Shown: positions 9,505 through 20,019 of the stretch, piece by piece
Numbering within the stretch: the first letter of the stretch is position 1
Layout: each line of letters begins with the position of its first letter
NCBI GenBank assembly: GCA_963847445.1
Contig: CAWJZV010000021.1
Coordinates: 1 to 32,843, forward strand
Reading direction: 5' to 3'
Length of the DNA stretch: 32,843 bases
Source of the DNA: an uncultured delta proteobacterium
Lineage (GTDB): Bacteria > Desulfobacterota > Binatia > UBA9968
The notes under the pieces: generated by a model
The model's database searches: none
Seen by the model: the letters and a program-made list of their open reading frames with translations, nothing else
Told to the model about the DNA's origin: nothing
Made by a program: the position numbers and the translations under genes

Positions 9505-10632
9505 TTATCCCAACGGCTTTGCTAAATTGTACAACCGCGCCGCGTTGTCGCCTAAGATGCGGTTTTGGGTTTCCACCGACAAGCCGGCGTTGCGGATGCG
9601 CGAGACGGTCTCGGGCCATTTGCTGTCGCCGTGGGGGTAGTCGGAGGCGTACATGATGCACTTGTCGCCGACGGCATTGATCACCGCAGGCAGCATGATC
9701 TCGCCGGGTTCGCAGGAGACCACCATGCGGCCTTCGGCGAATAGTTCGCTCGGTTTGATCCGGCTCGTCGGCCGTCTGCGCTTCAAAACGCCGTCGTACA
9801 TGCGCGGATTCTTTTCACCGCGCTCGTGCATTTCGTCCATTCTCTCGACCCAGTAGGGCAGCCAGCCGCAGCCGGTTTCAAGCAGGCCGAAACGAATTTT
9901 AGGAAACAGATCGACGATGCCGCCGCCGATGAGCGAAACCATCGCGGTCGTCAACGTCAGCGGCATCGACACTGCTTTGGCGCCCCAGAAATGATCGAAT
10001 AATTCCTGACCGACGGTTGGATACATTCCCGTCACGGTGTGCACTCCGACGCCGACGTCGAGTTGTTCCACGGTCTGCCAAAATGGATAGAGATTGGGGT
10101 GATCGAGTGTCTGCGTGCCGATGGTGCCGCTGACCATGACGCCGACGGCGCCGAGCGAGTTAACCGCGTGTTTCAGTTCTTCCGCCGCTGCCTTTGGATC
10201 TTGCAATGCGACGATGGCGGCGAAGCGCAGCCGGCCGCCGGCTTGGGCGCAGCGTTCGGATATCCAGGTGTTGTAGGCGCGGGCGATGGCGCCGGCGAGC
10301 CCGGCATGCTCCAGACTATTGATCGACATCAAGACGTTCGGATAGATGACTTGAAGGTCGATGTCTTCGAGATCGAGATCGGCCAAGCGGCCGGGAACGT
10401 TGCTGAGATCGAGATCTTTGGTCGCCAGCGTCGGCGTTGTGTTTGCGATACTCCCGGGGGTGCCCGGACCCCAACCGAATGGCTTGGTGACGACACGCCC
10501 TTCAATAATGTAGAAACTCCGGCCGTCGTCGAAGGTGACGAAGCGGGGACGGTGTCGATGGAATTCCTTGTCCAAATAGTTGTCGAAAACTTCCGTTGGG
10601 ATATGCGTGTGGCCGTCGGCATCGATGATCAT
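9505..10632 (-). CDS. Amidohydrolase_2 family protein
   Basis: MIIDADGHTH start with GGAGGA RBS; GVGVH, LETGCGWLPYW and YASDYPHGD motifs. Confidence 0.88.
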   Translation of the reverse strand: MIIDADGHTHIPTEVFDNYLDKEFHRHRPRFVTFDDGRSFYIIEGRVVTKPFGWGPGTPGSIANTTPTLATKDLDLSNVPGRLADLDLEDIDLQVIYPNVLMSINSLEHAGLAGAIARAYNTWISERCAQAGGRLRFAAIVALQDPKAAAEELKHAVNSLGAVGVMVSGTIGTQTLDHPNLYPFWQTVEQLDVGVGVHTVTGMYPTVGQELFDHFWGAKAVSMPLTLTTAMVSLIGGGIVDLFPKIRFGLLETGCGWLPYWVERMDEMHERGEKNPRMYDGVLKRRRPTSRIKPSELFAEGRMVVSCEPGEIMLPAVINAVGDKCIMYASDYPHGDSKWPETVSRIRNAGLSVETQNRILGDNAARLYNLAKPLG

Positions 10633-10699
10633 AGATCCTCCAATCAAGCTTTACCGTGATGAACTGTTCGGAATATCAATATGATTCTGCCTTCGGCCG

Positions 10700-11698
10700 T
10701 TATCCGTGGTTTAGCTTCGGCGCTGATCTCTCAACTCCCGCTGAGCGCACGATATTCCAGTCGACGAAATCTTTCGGTGCGAAATTCGATTGGCTGATCT
10801 TGGCGTCGAGCAAGGCTCGTTTGATCGATGCCGCGACCAGTTCATCGCTGGCGTCGCCGCGCAGGTTGTAGGTCGGCATCGCCACGTCATAGGCGTTTTG
10901 CGCGGTTTCGCGGTCGAGGTTCCAGTCCTTTTGAATCAGCGCGACGGCTTCGTTTGGGTGATCCAACGCATAGTGCAGACCGCGAATCAGCGCGCGTAGG
11001 AATCGGCGCACCTGGTCGGGGTTGTCGCGCAGTTTGGCGCGGCGCAAGACGAGGCCGTTTTCCAAATAGCGCGGCAGGATTTCCGGGCCCATGACGAGAC
11101 GATTATAACCCTTGCGCACAGCCATGGAATCGTAGGGCGGCGATAGCGTGGTGGCGGCAACGTTGCCGGAGAAGAGCGCCGTCATGCCCTGGGTTACATC
11201 GATGGTCGAAATTAACTGGACGTCCTTCTCGGCATCCAAGCCGAGATGTTTCACCATGGTGACAGTGGCGTGGTAGTGGCTGCCGCGGGTGCCGCCATGG
11301 CCGATGACGCCGCCGCGTAGACTCTTGGCGTCTTTGATATTCGGCCGGCTGATCAAATAAAGCAGCGGTCGGTCGGTGGAAACGTAGGCCGCCACCAACG
11401 GTGCGCCGCCGATGGCCGCCCCCAAGCCGGAGTTGAAAGCGGTGATGTAGTCGAGATCGCCGGAGACCAGCGCGGCAATGGCGGTGTTGGTCTTGGTCGT
11501 GATCGGTTTGTAGTCGAAGCCTTCGCTGTCGAAGATGCCGTGACGCTGCGCCATATAAATCGGCAGATTGAGTACGTGGCGCGCTGACAGGCCGAGGGTG
11601 ATCGATTCCAATTTGCGCGTGGTCTGACTGCGCGCTTGGCTGCACCAAAGCAGGTGCAGGACAAAGATTAGAATGGCCAGTGCAGCATTTGTTTTCAT
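10700..11698 (-). CDS. ABC substrate-binding protein, NitT/TauT/SsuA/THI5-like
   Basis: Signal peptide; AIAALVSGDLDY, LGLDAEKDVQL and NPDQVRRFLRALIRG motifs. Confidence 0.85.
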   Translation of the reverse strand: MKTNAALAILIFVLHLLWCSQARSQTTRKLESITLGLSARHVLNLPIYMAQRHGIFDSEGFDYKPITTKTNTAIAALVSGDLDYITAFNSGLGAAIGGAPLVAAYVSTDRPLLYLISRPNIKDAKSLRGGVIGHGGTRGSHYHATVTMVKHLGLDAEKDVQLISTIDVTQGMTALFSGNVAATTLSPPYDSMAVRKGYNRLVMGPEILPRYLENGLVLRRAKLRDNPDQVRRFLRALIRGLHYALDHPNEAVALIQKDWNLDRETAQNAYDVAMPTYNLRGDASDELVAASIKRALLDAKISQSNFAPKDFVDWNIVRSAGVERSAPKLNHG

Positions 11699-11772
11699 AG
11701 TCCACCGCAAACGAGTCGACTGTGCCGGATCATATTTCTGCTGCCGATCAGACGCAAGTAAAAATTGCCCTG

Positions 11773-12504
11773 CTATTCCGGTTTCCAGCCGCGCGCTTGG
11801 AGTTCCTGATAGGCCTTTCGTGCCAGGGTGAAATCGTAAATGCGCTCGAGCCGCGGCGGATCTTTTTGCTGGGCGGGGGAGAGCAGATACTCGAACGCTT
11901 TGCGTTGTTCGTCCAGGGTGATCGTGCCGTCCTCGGTCAAGGTCGGGCGGATCTCGTCGAAGGCGGGGCCGGTTTCGCTTTCTTTCGATTTGAGCGCGCG
12001 GGCCAAGGCGTTGGCGGCGCCGTCGCGGTTGGCGCGCATGTACAGTAAGCCTTTCACCTGAGCGCGGACGACCCGTTCGACTAGCGCGGCGTTGGTCTGC
12101 AGCAGGTCGTCGCGGGTAAAAGTCGCCACCGGAATGTCGGCGTAATCTTTGTCGGTGAAAAACGAAAACAACTCGCGGTAGCCTTCCTGCTTCGCAGTCA
12201 GCGTCACTGGCGACGATAGGACGGCGGCATCGACGATGTTGGTCTTGAGGGCGATGTAACGCTCGGTGCCGCTGCCAACGGCGAGAATCGTCACCTTTTT
12301 GCTATCGTCGCTCATTCGTTTCTTCAACACATCGCGCAGCAGGAGATCGGGTCCGCTGCCGTAGCTCGATATGCCGACGCGCTTGCCTTCGAGTTCGGCG
12401 ACGGCGCGAATCTCCGGCTTGGCCTAGAGCGCGTAGGTTGGCCGGCGCAACGGCGCAAAGACGACGCGCAGCGGCAGGCCGCGCAAGGCGCCGCTGAGGC
12501 CGCG
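11773..12504 (-). pseudogene. 5'-truncated NitT/TauT-type substrate-binding protein with internal stop
   Basis: The frame of ORF 11773-12330 extends upstream as GLSGALRGLPLRVVFAPLRRPTYAL*AKPEIRAVAELEGKRVGISSYGSG, with TAG at 12424-12426. An in-frame TAA at 12517-12519 leaves no signal peptide or N-terminus. Confidence 0.75.
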
Positions 12505-12605
12505 AGCGAGTCTATTTTAAACAAGAGGGTCTCGATGGTTGGCGGCCAGAAACGCCATGAATGGGTCCAGGTTACGCCGGGAGTCTTCCATATCGCTCGC
12601 CAAAT

Positions 12606-12623
12606 TTGTCACGATATTGTCAT
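12606..12623 (+). promoter_or_regulatory. Candidate Pho-box/OmpR-family-like direct repeat
   Basis: TTGTCAC-GATA-TTGTCAT, 11-bp periodicity, in an AT-rich intergenic region. Confidence 0.3.
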
Positions 12624-12705
12624 TAAAGCGGGTGATGGCCCACCTAATCCGATCCGCTCGTCCAGGAGAGTGCGTGATTATGGCAAGAGTTCATAGGTTG
12701 GCCAT

Positions 12706-12721
12706 TGGCGTGCAAGTTGCT
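12706..12721 (+). promoter_or_regulatory. Candidate sigma54 (-24/-12) promoter
   Basis: TGGCGTGCAAGTTGCT fits TGGCAC-N5-TTGCW with exact GG-N10-GC spacing, about 68 nt before ATG 12789. Confidence 0.6.
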
Positions 12722-12788
12722 CCATACTTTCTTATCGAAAGGTCTCGGAGAAATTTTATATAGGAGAAAGGAATTGGAGGTGACTAAG

Positions 12789-13501
12789 ATGGCAAAGATC
12801 ATCGGTTCGTTGGTTTCGAAGGTATTTTTCGGAGCGATTTTGGCAATGACGCTGGGCGCTGGTGCAACCGCTGGCGCTCAAGTGTTTTTAATGATTGACG
12901 AAGATAGCATTGATAATGGCACCAAGAGCATCGAAGGAATATCGTTTAAGACGCCCAAGTGTGGCAACGGAAAACCGTCGGTATGCGTCAATGACGACAT
13001 TGCCAACCCGGCGGAGCGACGGCTGCTCTTCACTCGCGGTAAGAATATCACGCCCTATCAAGGCCTTGTGCTACCGACTGGCCAAATTGGCGATGAGGGC
13101 TTATTCATGTTTACCCGACCCGATCCGCAAATTAGCTTGCAGAACGGCGCAACCTTCACGACCCCTGAATTCATTGACGCGACCGGCGCCGCGAGGGACG
13201 AGAATAATTTGGACAAGGTGTGGGGCGTTGTCCCGTTGCGGCAGGCGGATATTTTTGCCCTCCAAGGACAAACCGTCTGCGCGCTCGTCTACGATAGCGA
13301 TATCAGCGTCGATATCCCCGCCGGGTTTGCCAGTCTTAAAGGCGCAACGATGGGATTAACCGCCTTTACCGTAACCGCTGTTAACGCGAACCCGTCAGGC
13401 GGTTCTATCTGCCTCTGATCACGGTCAATCTGTTGTCATCGGCTGCGGCGCAAACTACCTGCGACAGCATTGGTGCCGTGGACGAAACACCTGACTCATA
13501 G
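12789..13501 (+). CDS. Hypothetical secreted protein (probable frameshift near 13405)
   Basis: GGAGG RBS and signal peptide (..GATAGA|Q); acidic motifs IDEDSIDNG, VNDDIA, GQIGDEG and YDSDIS. The called ORF stops at 13418, but an alternative frame gives YLPLITVNLLSSAAAQTTCDSIGAVDETPDS* to 13501. Confidence 0.65.
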
Positions 13502-13740
13502 TCATCCCGGCCCTGCCTGGTTAGCGTTAACAGTATTAGGCAATCGCGCCGCTTTTCGAAAAGACCGTTCGTGGTGAGCTCGGATCGCCACGAGCGGTCT
13601 TTTCGTCTCAATGGGCGAAGAAAAATGTGCTCCAACCCGCGGTCCTCGTTCGCTCCCAATAATTTCGACGTTTACAATCACCGGTTATTCGGGATGGATC
13701 TCCGTGCCTCCAAGTCGAGGGTGCCTATCCAGCCGCTTCT

Positions 13741-14917
13741 CTAGGCGCCGCCCCGCCAGTTGATCCATAGGCCGAGCAACGCCACACCGGCGGTGGCGAG
13801 ATACATGATTAGAAAACTTTGGTTGACCAAATCAAGTAACGCGCCGAGGGTCAAGGAGCCGATGCCGATACCCAGATCGTAGAAGAACTGAAACTGCGCC
13901 AGCGATTGACCGCGCCGTTGGCCATCGCTGCGATCCACCGCCTGGGTCATGAGCGCCGGTTGCGCCGCGCCGGTGCCAAAGCCGCCGACGATCGCTGCGG
14001 CCATTAATTCATTGGAAGTTGTCGCGAACGCTAGCAAGAGGATGCCGGCGAGATTCAAGATCAATCCCGGAATGATCACCGCGCGGCGGCTGACCCGATC
14101 CGAGATCGGTCCGGCGATGGGCCGGCTCAAAAGGATGCAGGCGGCGTAGACGCCGAACCAGATGCCAGGATTGGCCATGCCGATTTTCAAAGCGTGGATC
14201 GGCAAGAACGTCAGGATGCCGCCATGGCCAAAAGAGAGAAATGCCACGCCGATGGCCGGGTCGAGGGACTCTTTGACCATGATGTTATCGATCCAGCGCT
14301 CGGCTTTGTAGGGTTCTGTGAGCTCGCGTTTGGGCTCGGTGACAGGAACGGCGAAGATGAAGCTCAAGACTAGTAATGCACTGGCGCCGAGAAACACGCC
14401 GGAATAGTCGAAGCGATGAAACAGCGCGAAGCCCAGCACCGGCCCCAACGCCGAGGCGAGGCTGCTGGCCATGCCGGCGTAGCCCATCAGTTCGCCGCGC
14501 CGCGCTTGCGGCACGATATCGGCGTTGATGGTCGAGACCGCGGTGGTGCAGCCGGACCAACCGAGACCGTGCAACACGCGAAACGGCAGCATGAGCAAAA
14601 TCGACGGCGCCCATAGATAGCCCAAGCTTGCCGGCGGTGAAAAAGGCGATGCCGTAAAGCAAAAACGGTTTGCGGCCGACGCGGTCGATGAGCAGGCCGA
14701 TGGGAATACGCATCACCGTCGCGGTGATCGTGAACACCGCCATCACCGCGCCGATGACCGTCGACGAAGCGCCGAAGGTAATCAGATAGAGCGGTAGCAG
14801 CGGCCGGGTGACATGATGGGCAAGAAAAATGCCGAAGCGGCTAAGCCAGGTGAGGACAAAGTCCTTGAGCCACGGATTCGAGAGTAGTGCTTGTGGTGCT
14901 GATTCGCTGCTCGACAT
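13741..14917 (-). CDS. MFS transporter, frameshifted near 14628
   Basis: Motif A GLLIDRVGRK in ORF 14285-14917 joins GYLWAPSILLMLPFRVLHGLG...GPISDRVSRR in ORF 13741-14625; multiple hydrophobic helices. Confidence 0.85.
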
Positions 14918-14974
14918 GGGGAGTTTCGATCATTGCGGTAGGGGAGAGACAAAGTCAATTAAGCCGGACAGGAT

Positions 14975-15128
14975 TCGGATTCGGAGAATTAACCGCAAAG
15001 AGCGCAAAGAACGCAAAAAGGAAATCGGAATATTTCCCGCAAAGGCGCAAAGGCGCCAAGATTTGGCGAAAACTAATTCCGAACCTTTGCGAGCTTTGCG
15101 CCTTTGCGGGAGAAAAATCCGAATCCGA
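14975..15128. repeat. Long intergenic hairpin of CGCAAAG tandem units
   Basis: Outer TCGGATTCGGA/TCCGAATCCGA; inner TCCCGCAAAGGCGCAAAGGCGCCAAG pairs with CTTTGCGAGCTTTGCGCCTTTGCGGGA. Confidence 0.8.
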
Positions 15129-15206
15129 TCTCAGCGGATTTCCCATTGCAAACTATTTTGACACCTGACAGAGTGAGGCCGTTTTGCCGACAGGAGGAAT
15201 TCTTTC

Positions 15207-16955
15207 ATGACCACGCCAAACAAGACCGTAGCCGTTTCCACCGGCGCCGAGGCTTTTCTCGCGCAGATGCGCGCGCTGGGCTCGGTGCGTTACATGTTCG
15301 CCAACACCGGCACCGACCATGGGCCGTTGATCGAAGCGATGGCGCGCACGGCGAGTGAGGATCCGCGCGACATTCGGCCCATCGTCGTGCCGCACGAGCA
15401 GGCGGCGGTGTCGATGGCCCATGGCTATTACAATGTCACCCAAGAGCCGCAGATGGTTTTGGTGCACACGCTGCCGGGCACGGCCAATGCGCTGGGTGGT
15501 ATCATCAACGCGGCGTCGGCCAACGTGCCGCTGTTTCTCTGCGCCGGGCGCACGCCGATCACCGAGGGCGAGCTGCGCGGCGGCAAGAGCCAAAACATTC
15601 ACTGGCGCCAAGAGTCACGCGATCAAGGCGGCGTGGTGCGCGAGTTCGTTAAGTGGGATTACGAGATTCGCACCAATCAGAATCTCGCCGCGGTGGTGTC
15701 GCGCGCTTACAAGATCGCCATGAGCGAACCGCGCGGCCCGGTGTACATGACTTTGCCGCGGGAGTGGCTGGCCGAGGTGCTCGAATCGACCCAGGTGTTT
15801 GCGCCGGACGCGCTGGCGCCGGCGAGCAAGACGCAAGCCGACCAAGCGTCGTTGGAAAAAATTGCCGACTGGCTGATCGGCTCGGAAAGTCCCTTGATCG
15901 TCACGAAATATCTCGGCCGCAATCCCGAAGCAGTGCAGTCGTTGATTGAATTGAGCGAGCTGCTGGCGATCCCAGTTGTCCAGCAAATGACCTATGTCAA
16001 TTTTCCCACCGACCACCCGATGCATCTTGGCACGCAAGTGACCAAGTATGTTCGCAATGCCGATGTGTTGTTTTTCATCGACACCGACGTGCCCTGGGAG
16101 CCGCCCAACCGCAACGTGTTGCGCGAGGGCGTCAAGATCGCACACCTGGAGCGCGATCCGCTGTTCACCGGCATTCCCGGTTGGGGATTCCCCGCCGACT
16201 TGCCAGTGAGCGGTTGTTCGGAAGTGTCGCTGCCGGCGCTGAACGCGATCATCCGCAACAAGCTTAAAGGCGGCGCGGTGTTGCAAGCGAAACTCGACCA
16301 GCGGCGCAAGCAAACCGAGGCCGAGCATCAGGCGATGATCCGTGAGATGGACGCCAGCGTCGAGGCGGTGAAAAACCAAGCGCCGATCCACCCCTACTGG
16401 CTGTCGAAGTGCATCGGCGACGCGATGGACGACAAGACCATCATCGCCAACGAGACGATTACCTCGAAGTTGGCGGAAGTGATTCATTTGAACCGGCCCG
16501 GTTCGATGTTCAACACGCCGCTCGCCGGCCATCTTGGCTGGGGCCTGGGCGCGGCCATCGGCATGAAATTGGGAAAACCGGACGCGACCGTCATCGCGGC
16601 GGAAGGCGACGGCTCGTATATGTTCTGCGCGCCGACGGCATGTCATTTCACCGCGCAGAAATATCAGATTCCATTCTTGACGGTCATCTACAATAACCAA
16701 GTCTGGAATGCGAGTCTGAACGCGGCGCGCGGTCTCTATCCCGACGGCGTGGCGGCCAGAACGCGCAACTTTCCCGGCACGGATCTGACGCCGTCGCCGA
16801 ACTTCGAGCTGACCGCGCAAGCCTGCGGCGCCTACGCGGCGCGGGTGGAAGATCCCGCCGCGTTGCCGGATGCTCTGGCAAAGGCGCTGAAAGTGGTGCG
16901 CGAGGAGAAACGCCAGGCGCTGTTAAATGTCATCTGTAAGAACCCGCTGGCGTGA
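15207..16955 (+). CDS. Thiamine diphosphate-dependent enzyme (acetolactate synthase/benzoylformate decarboxylase superfamily)
   Basis: FANTGTDH, catalytic PHEQAA and GDGS...YNN ThDP/Mg motif; AGGAGG RBS. Confidence 0.9.
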   Translation: MTTPNKTVAVSTGAEAFLAQMRALGSVRYMFANTGTDHGPLIEAMARTASEDPRDIRPIVVPHEQAAVSMAHGYYNVTQEPQMVLVHTLPGTANALGGIINAASANVPLFLCAGRTPITEGELRGGKSQNIHWRQESRDQGGVVREFVKWDYEIRTNQNLAAVVSRAYKIAMSEPRGPVYMTLPREWLAEVLESTQVFAPDALAPASKTQADQASLEKIADWLIGSESPLIVTKYLGRNPEAVQSLIELSELLAIPVVQQMTYVNFPTDHPMHLGTQVTKYVRNADVLFFIDTDVPWEPPNRNVLREGVKIAHLERDPLFTGIPGWGFPADLPVSGCSEVSLPALNAIIRNKLKGGAVLQAKLDQRRKQTEAEHQAMIREMDASVEAVKNQAPIHPYWLSKCIGDAMDDKTIIANETITSKLAEVIHLNRPGSMFNTPLAGHLGWGLGAAIGMKLGKPDATVIAAEGDGSYMFCAPTACHFTAQKYQIPFLTVIYNNQVWNASLNAARGLYPDGVAARTRNFPGTDLTPSPNFELTAQACGAYAARVEDPAALPDALAKALKVVREEKRQALLNVICKNPLA

Positions 16956-17006
16956 CGGGGAGTGGGGTGAGTCGTGGAGTGTTGGGGAATTTCGGATGCG
17001 GAGGGC

Positions 17007-17082
17007 TGGCCGCAAAGAACGCAAAGGACACAAAGGTTAGGAACGGAGATTTCCGAATGTAGGGGCGGATCGCGATCCGCCC
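17007..17082. repeat. CGCAAAG tandem half-element plus GTAG REP
   Basis: TGGCCGCAAAGAACGCAAAGGACACAAAG (similar to 9281 and 19061) and GTAGGGGCGGATCGCGATCCGCCC at 17059-17082. Confidence 0.75.
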
Positions 17083-17249
17083 GGATGGGGGATGAGGCGG
17101 CCAGGCTGAAGAAATATTTGGACGATATGGAGAAGAGCGGGTTCGATGAAAGTCTCTGGGGTCGCGAGCGAATAAGAAACCAGTAGTAAAAATTAAAATG
17201 CGGAGCAACGCGGAGAACTGCTGAACGATTTCGAGAGGAGAGTTTGTCC

Positions 17250-19034
17250 ATGGCTGAAGCAATTTCCCATGATGCGCGCTGGCAGGAATATCCCGGCGAG
17301 GATTGGTCGGATGCGCTGGTGCAGTCGATGAAGCTGGGCGGCATCGACCATTTATTTTTCGTCTCGGGCTCGGAGATTGCGTTTTGGCAGGAGAGTATTG
17401 CCAAGGCCAACGAGCGCGGTTGGCCGGCGCCGAAGCTGATCACCGTGACCCATGAGGCGGTGGCGCTCAACGCGGCGCTGGGAAGCGCGATGGTGCGCAA
17501 TCAGCCGGCGGCTACCGCAGTGCATGTCGATGTCGGCACGCTCAATTACGGCGGCGCGATTCACACGGCGTGGCGCGGCAACTATCCGGTGTTGATCACC
17601 GCCGGCACTGGCCCACGGGCGTATCCTGGCTCCATGGCCGGCGCGCGCAACAGCCCGGTGCAGTGGGTGCAAGAGCCGCGGGATCAGGGCGGCATCGTGC
17701 GCCAGTACACCAAAGTCGATCATCGTCTGGAACATCAGGACAATCCGGGATTGCTCATCAGCCGGCTGCTGCAAATCTCCATGAGCGAACCCAAGGGGCC
17801 GGCGTATTTGACGGTGCCGCGCGAGACCGCCATGCTCAAGTTGCCAGGCAAAAGTTATTTTCCGACGCGGGATGAACTCGGTGTCGCCCGGCCGGCATGG
17901 CCCGATCCCGCCGACGCCAAGCGCGCGGCCCAGTGGCTGATCGATGCGCGCAATCCGTGCATTTATTCCGCCGCGGCGGGGCGCAATCCGGAAGCGGTGA
18001 CGGCGATCGTTCAGTTGGCTGAGTTGCTCGGGCTGCCGCTGGTCGATGCCGACCGTTTGGACCGTTTGAATTTTCCCACCACCCACGCGCTTTACGGCAC
18101 CGGGCCGGAGGTCAAGGATGCCGATGTATCGCTCATGCTCGAAGCATTGGTGCCGTATATCTCACCCAACGCTGCGCCCAAGCCGGGCAGCAAGACGATT
18201 TGGGTCGATGCCGATCCGGTGATGTCCAACTATAAGACGATGGAGTTTCAAGCCGATCTCTGGTTGCCGGTGTCGGTGGCGGCGGCGGCGCAGGCGATTC
18301 ACGACGCGGCCACCGCGCTGTTGTCGAAGAGCGACATGAGCCGCATCGCCGAGCGGCGCGAGCGTTTGACGGCGCGTAAGCACGAAATGATCGCCCAGGC
18401 AGAACGGCAGGGTCAGGAAGCGGGAAGGCGCAAACCGATGCATCCGCGCTGGGTCGCCTATCAGCTGGGCAAGATTCTCGAACCGGACACGATTCTACTC
18501 GACGACGCGATCAGCAATTCCGGATTTGTCTGCGACCATCATGGCAGGTCGCAAGCGGGAACTTATTTCGCCAGCGGCGGTTCGTCTGGCGGCTGGGGCA
18601 GCGGCGCGGCGTTTGGCGCCAAATTGGCGGCGCCCAATCGCGACGTCGTGCTTGCCACCGGCGACGGTTATTTCATGTTCGGCACGCCGATGCCGGCGCT
18701 GTGGTCGGCGGCGCATTATAAGGCGCCGTTTTTGGCCGTAGTCTTCGTCAACCGGTCGTATACGACCGGCACCAATGGGCTCAAGCGCGCTTATCCCAAC
18801 GGCGTGGCGGTGCGCACGGAAAATTACGAAGGCGGCATTTTCGACCCGCCGCCGGATTTCGCCAAACTCGCCGAGGCGGCCAACTGTTTTGGCACCACAG
18901 TCAGCGAGCCGGAGCAAGTCGGTCCCGCGCTCAAGCTGGCGCTCGATCAGGTGCGCAAGGGCACGCCGGCGCTAGTGGCGGCGTATTTGCCGACGCTGGT
19001 TGAGGAGATGAGCATTGCGCAGCGCAGTAAGTGA
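17250..19034 (+). CDS. Thiamine diphosphate-dependent enzyme, second paralogue
   Basis: THEAVA catalytic Glu, WVQEPRDQGGIVR shared with the upstream paralogue, GDGY...FVN motif; GAGGAG RBS. Confidence 0.88.
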   Translation: MAEAISHDARWQEYPGEDWSDALVQSMKLGGIDHLFFVSGSEIAFWQESIAKANERGWPAPKLITVTHEAVALNAALGSAMVRNQPAATAVHVDVGTLNYGGAIHTAWRGNYPVLITAGTGPRAYPGSMAGARNSPVQWVQEPRDQGGIVRQYTKVDHRLEHQDNPGLLISRLLQISMSEPKGPAYLTVPRETAMLKLPGKSYFPTRDELGVARPAWPDPADAKRAAQWLIDARNPCIYSAAAGRNPEAVTAIVQLAELLGLPLVDADRLDRLNFPTTHALYGTGPEVKDADVSLMLEALVPYISPNAAPKPGSKTIWVDADPVMSNYKTMEFQADLWLPVSVAAAAQAIHDAATALLSKSDMSRIAERRERLTARKHEMIAQAERQGQEAGRRKPMHPRWVAYQLGKILEPDTILLDDAISNSGFVCDHHGRSQAGTYFASGGSSGGWGSGAAFGAKLAAPNRDVVLATGDGYFMFGTPMPALWSAAHYKAPFLAVVFVNRSYTTGTNGLKRAYPNGVAVRTENYEGGIFDPPPDFAKLAEAANCFGTTVSEPEQVGPALKLALDQVRKGTPALVAAYLPTLVEEMSIAQRSK

Positions 19035-19181
19035 TCGCGCGGTAGGATTCGCAGCCGCAAGATTGGCCGCAAAGAACGCAAAGTTCGCAGATAAGAAATC
19101 GGCAGATGTCGATTCATATAGATTTGCCGATCGGTTAGCGATACGGATACAAGCGAGAGATGGATACAATCGAGGTGAACT

Positions 19182-19889
19182 GTGAAAACGATTCGTGAGC
19201 AGATTAACGTTGACGGCAGCGCGATGAATTTATTTTCGGCCCAGCCCGATGGCAACGGGCCGCTGCCGGCGGTGGTGGTGATCCAGCATCAGTATGGCGT
19301 GGACAAGTTCATGGAGGAGATGACCGAGCGGTTCGCGCGCGACGGTTACTTCGCCGTGTGCCCGGACCTCTATCACCGCGATGGGCCGGACTGCAAGGAT
19401 GACGGACCGACGCGGCGCGGCCGGGCGCGCGACACCAACATCATCAATGACATCAACGCCACCATGGCGCACTTGCGCGGCAACAAGCTGGTTGACGGCA
19501 AGCGTGTGGCGATTCTCGGTTTCTGCATGGGCGGGCGCGTCGCTTATTTGATGGCAGCGGCGAGCAAGGATTTCAAAGCGGCGATCACCTGGTATGGCGG
19601 CAGCTGTTTTCGCCAGTGGGGCGATGGGCCGACGCCGTTCGAACGCACGGCGCAGATTTCCTGTCCGATCCAAGGCCACTTTGGCGCCACCGATCAGAAT
19701 CCGACGCTGGACGACATGGCGAAGCTCGATGCTGAGCTGACCAAGCATGGCAAGCCGCATGATTTCTACGTTTACCCAGACACCGGCCACTCGTTCTTGG
19801 ACCCGCATCATCCGGACCGGTATGTGGAAAAATCCGATCGCGAGTCGTGGGCACGCGGCTTGGAGTTCTTGCGGAAACACTTGAGTTAG
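19182..19889 (+). CDS. Dienelactone hydrolase family protein
   Basis: GFCMGG nucleophile motif, GATD acid and GHSF His; GAGG before GTG. Confidence 0.9.
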   Translation: MKTIREQINVDGSAMNLFSAQPDGNGPLPAVVVIQHQYGVDKFMEEMTERFARDGYFAVCPDLYHRDGPDCKDDGPTRRGRARDTNIINDINATMAHLRGNKLVDGKRVAILGFCMGGRVAYLMAAASKDFKAAITWYGGSCFRQWGDGPTPFERTAQISCPIQGHFGATDQNPTLDDMAKLDAELTKHGKPHDFYVYPDTGHSFLDPHHPDRYVEKSDRESWARGLEFLRKHLS

Positions 19890-19896
19890 GAATTTT

Positions 19897-19974
19897 ACCA
19901 CGAAGGCACGAAGGGCACGAAGATTTCGAAAAATTATCAATCTGAACTTCGTGCTCTTCGTGTCCTCCTTGGTG
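19897..19974. repeat. CACGAAG/CTTCGTG tandem hairpin
   Basis: ACCACGAAGGCACGAAGGGCACGAAG...CTTCGTGCTCTTCGTGTCCTCCTTGGTG; same family as 7662-7943. Confidence 0.8.
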
Positions 19975-20019
19975 AGAAAGACTATTGTCGCATTGCGTAC
20001 GCATGAGGAGGCAGCAACG

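Noticed and set aside
8306-9661. Long antisense ORFs (451 aa here; also 15615-16820 and 19230-20069)
   Set aside because: They are shadows of well-supported opposite-strand genes in GC-rich DNA and run through repeats, with no recognisable motifs.
12424-12426. Pyrrolysine or readthrough at the in-frame TAG
   Set aside because: The gene is also 5'-truncated and no pyl machinery is visible; simple decay explains it.
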